Below are positions 33,913 to 35,082 of a DNA stretch of 35,082 bases, piece by piece. Location of the stretch: positions 1 to 35,082 of the forward strand of contig JTLS01000069.1 in assembly GCA_000826855.1 (NCBI GenBank), written 5' to 3'. The notes beneath the pieces are model-generated. The model did not search any database and had not been told where the DNA came from. It worked only from the letters and a program-made list of their open reading frames with translations. Each line of letters starts with the position of its first letter. The stretch's first letter is position 1. Position numbers and translations under genes: made by a program. Source of the stretch: Basidioascus undulatus. Lineage: Eukaryota.

Positions 33913-35082
33913 CGTGGCGTGACTGTTCTGATCTTTGATTGCGATAGACGCGACCCGTGGACGCGTCCTATGATGAAACCACGCTGCGCCCCTCGCGCGT
34001 GTTCCCGTCAGCAGCTGCTTCCCGGTCCTTCTTCTGACACTTTTCCCTCTCGAACCTTGGGGAAGACTGCCCAAGGTGCAAGATGCCCGTGACGGCTCGG
34101 GATTCTCAATTAAAGGGATACTGATTGGTTGGCAGCATCGAGCTAATTTGGCTGAAAACAGTCAGTCAAGCAGTCGTGTGCGAGTTGTTGAATGGGGCGG
34201 GACCTTCGGAATGTTTCCACCGGTGGACATTGCTCGACTGTTTGACAAAGCCCAACCGAAGTTGAAGTAGTCTGATGGCTCTGGGTACTCTCATCAGTTG
34301 GATTGGAATGCCAAAAGACTATTGAAATGAGACCCTGTGTGCTGTACCGGCAGCAAAAGCAGCGACACCAGGCCCGCTGGAGTCGTCGAGTGCTGACGAG
34401 GCTGGCATAACTCCGGGACGCAACTCGAACTATTCCCACTTGATATGGTCATAACCTACGCATACTTATCAAATGGAAGTGTTCGCTTTAAATCGGCTTT
34501 CTGTGCGGCGAATGTTTCCCGGCGAACCTGCAGGACAGGCGTCACCCGGCCCCCTTAGGCTTCGGCCCCCTTGCTTGCATGTCAATTCCGACGAGCGACC
34601 CAGTGAGCTTGAGAGACGTACTACCCCACCTTCAATGGGTCTACGGGTGATAGTATGATTCGCAAGGAAATTGCTCGAGTGTGGACAGCTGCTCGGCTGC
34701 GACATCATGCTCTACAACCGCGGAGCACGCTGGGGAGTCGTACCGGTGAGCCCGTGTCCACAGCGCGTAGAGCACAAGGTAACGACAGTGAGACTATTGG
34801 ACACTATATGCATCATGAGATAGTGCTTGTGCTGGTGAAAACGGGTCAGCACGGCGGCTGGTTCTGCGGTGGTTTCTGTGAAACTTCGCGCTTTTACCCT
34901 GTGCTTTAGGAAAGCCACGCGAGTGCGCATGAAGGCGGCCCTCACACATAGAGAATACAGCACAAAATGGGCACCACACCACAAACACATTGAAGACTAC
35001 TCTGCTTTCATGGCACTCTGGCGTCAGATTGGCAGCACTTGGGCGGGAGGGGGGGGGGGGTAAGTTTTGCAGCCGCGAACAA

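Noticed and set aside
35041..35060. Long G run near the window end
   Set aside because: A simple homopolymer with no telomeric or tandem-repeat unit, and its context is truncated.

Overview
Intron-rich, GC-rich fungal genomic DNA. The many short GT-AG introns with GTGCGT/GTGAGT donors and (G)CTGAC branch sites point to a basidiomycete, possibly Pucciniomycotina (inference). I spliced the exons by hand. Five recognisable genes: choline/ethanolamine kinase (+), a 2,6-dihydroxypyridine-hydroxylase-like FAD monooxygenase (-), the proteasome activator BLM10/PA200 (+, ending in YYA; only part of its junctions were checked), a stand-alone non-canonical nitrate-reductase-like Mo/heme/FAD enzyme (-), and succinyl-CoA ligase alpha (-). 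There are also two small single-pass membrane orphan genes and a ~65-aa spliced small gene missed by the ORF track. Between the core genes lie decayed accessory genes: a MYND-finger pseudogene head-to-head with an F-box/LRR pseudogene, a KOW-like relic and an LRR-like relic. The best hidden feature is a spliced, apparently non-coding transcript divergent from BLM10. Its first intron carries a box C/D snoRNA resembling U79/SNORD79, with a 12-nt perfect antisense match to LSU rRNA. Its second, unusually long intron may hold another structured RNA. No CRISPR array, complete tRNA or intact transposon was recognised.
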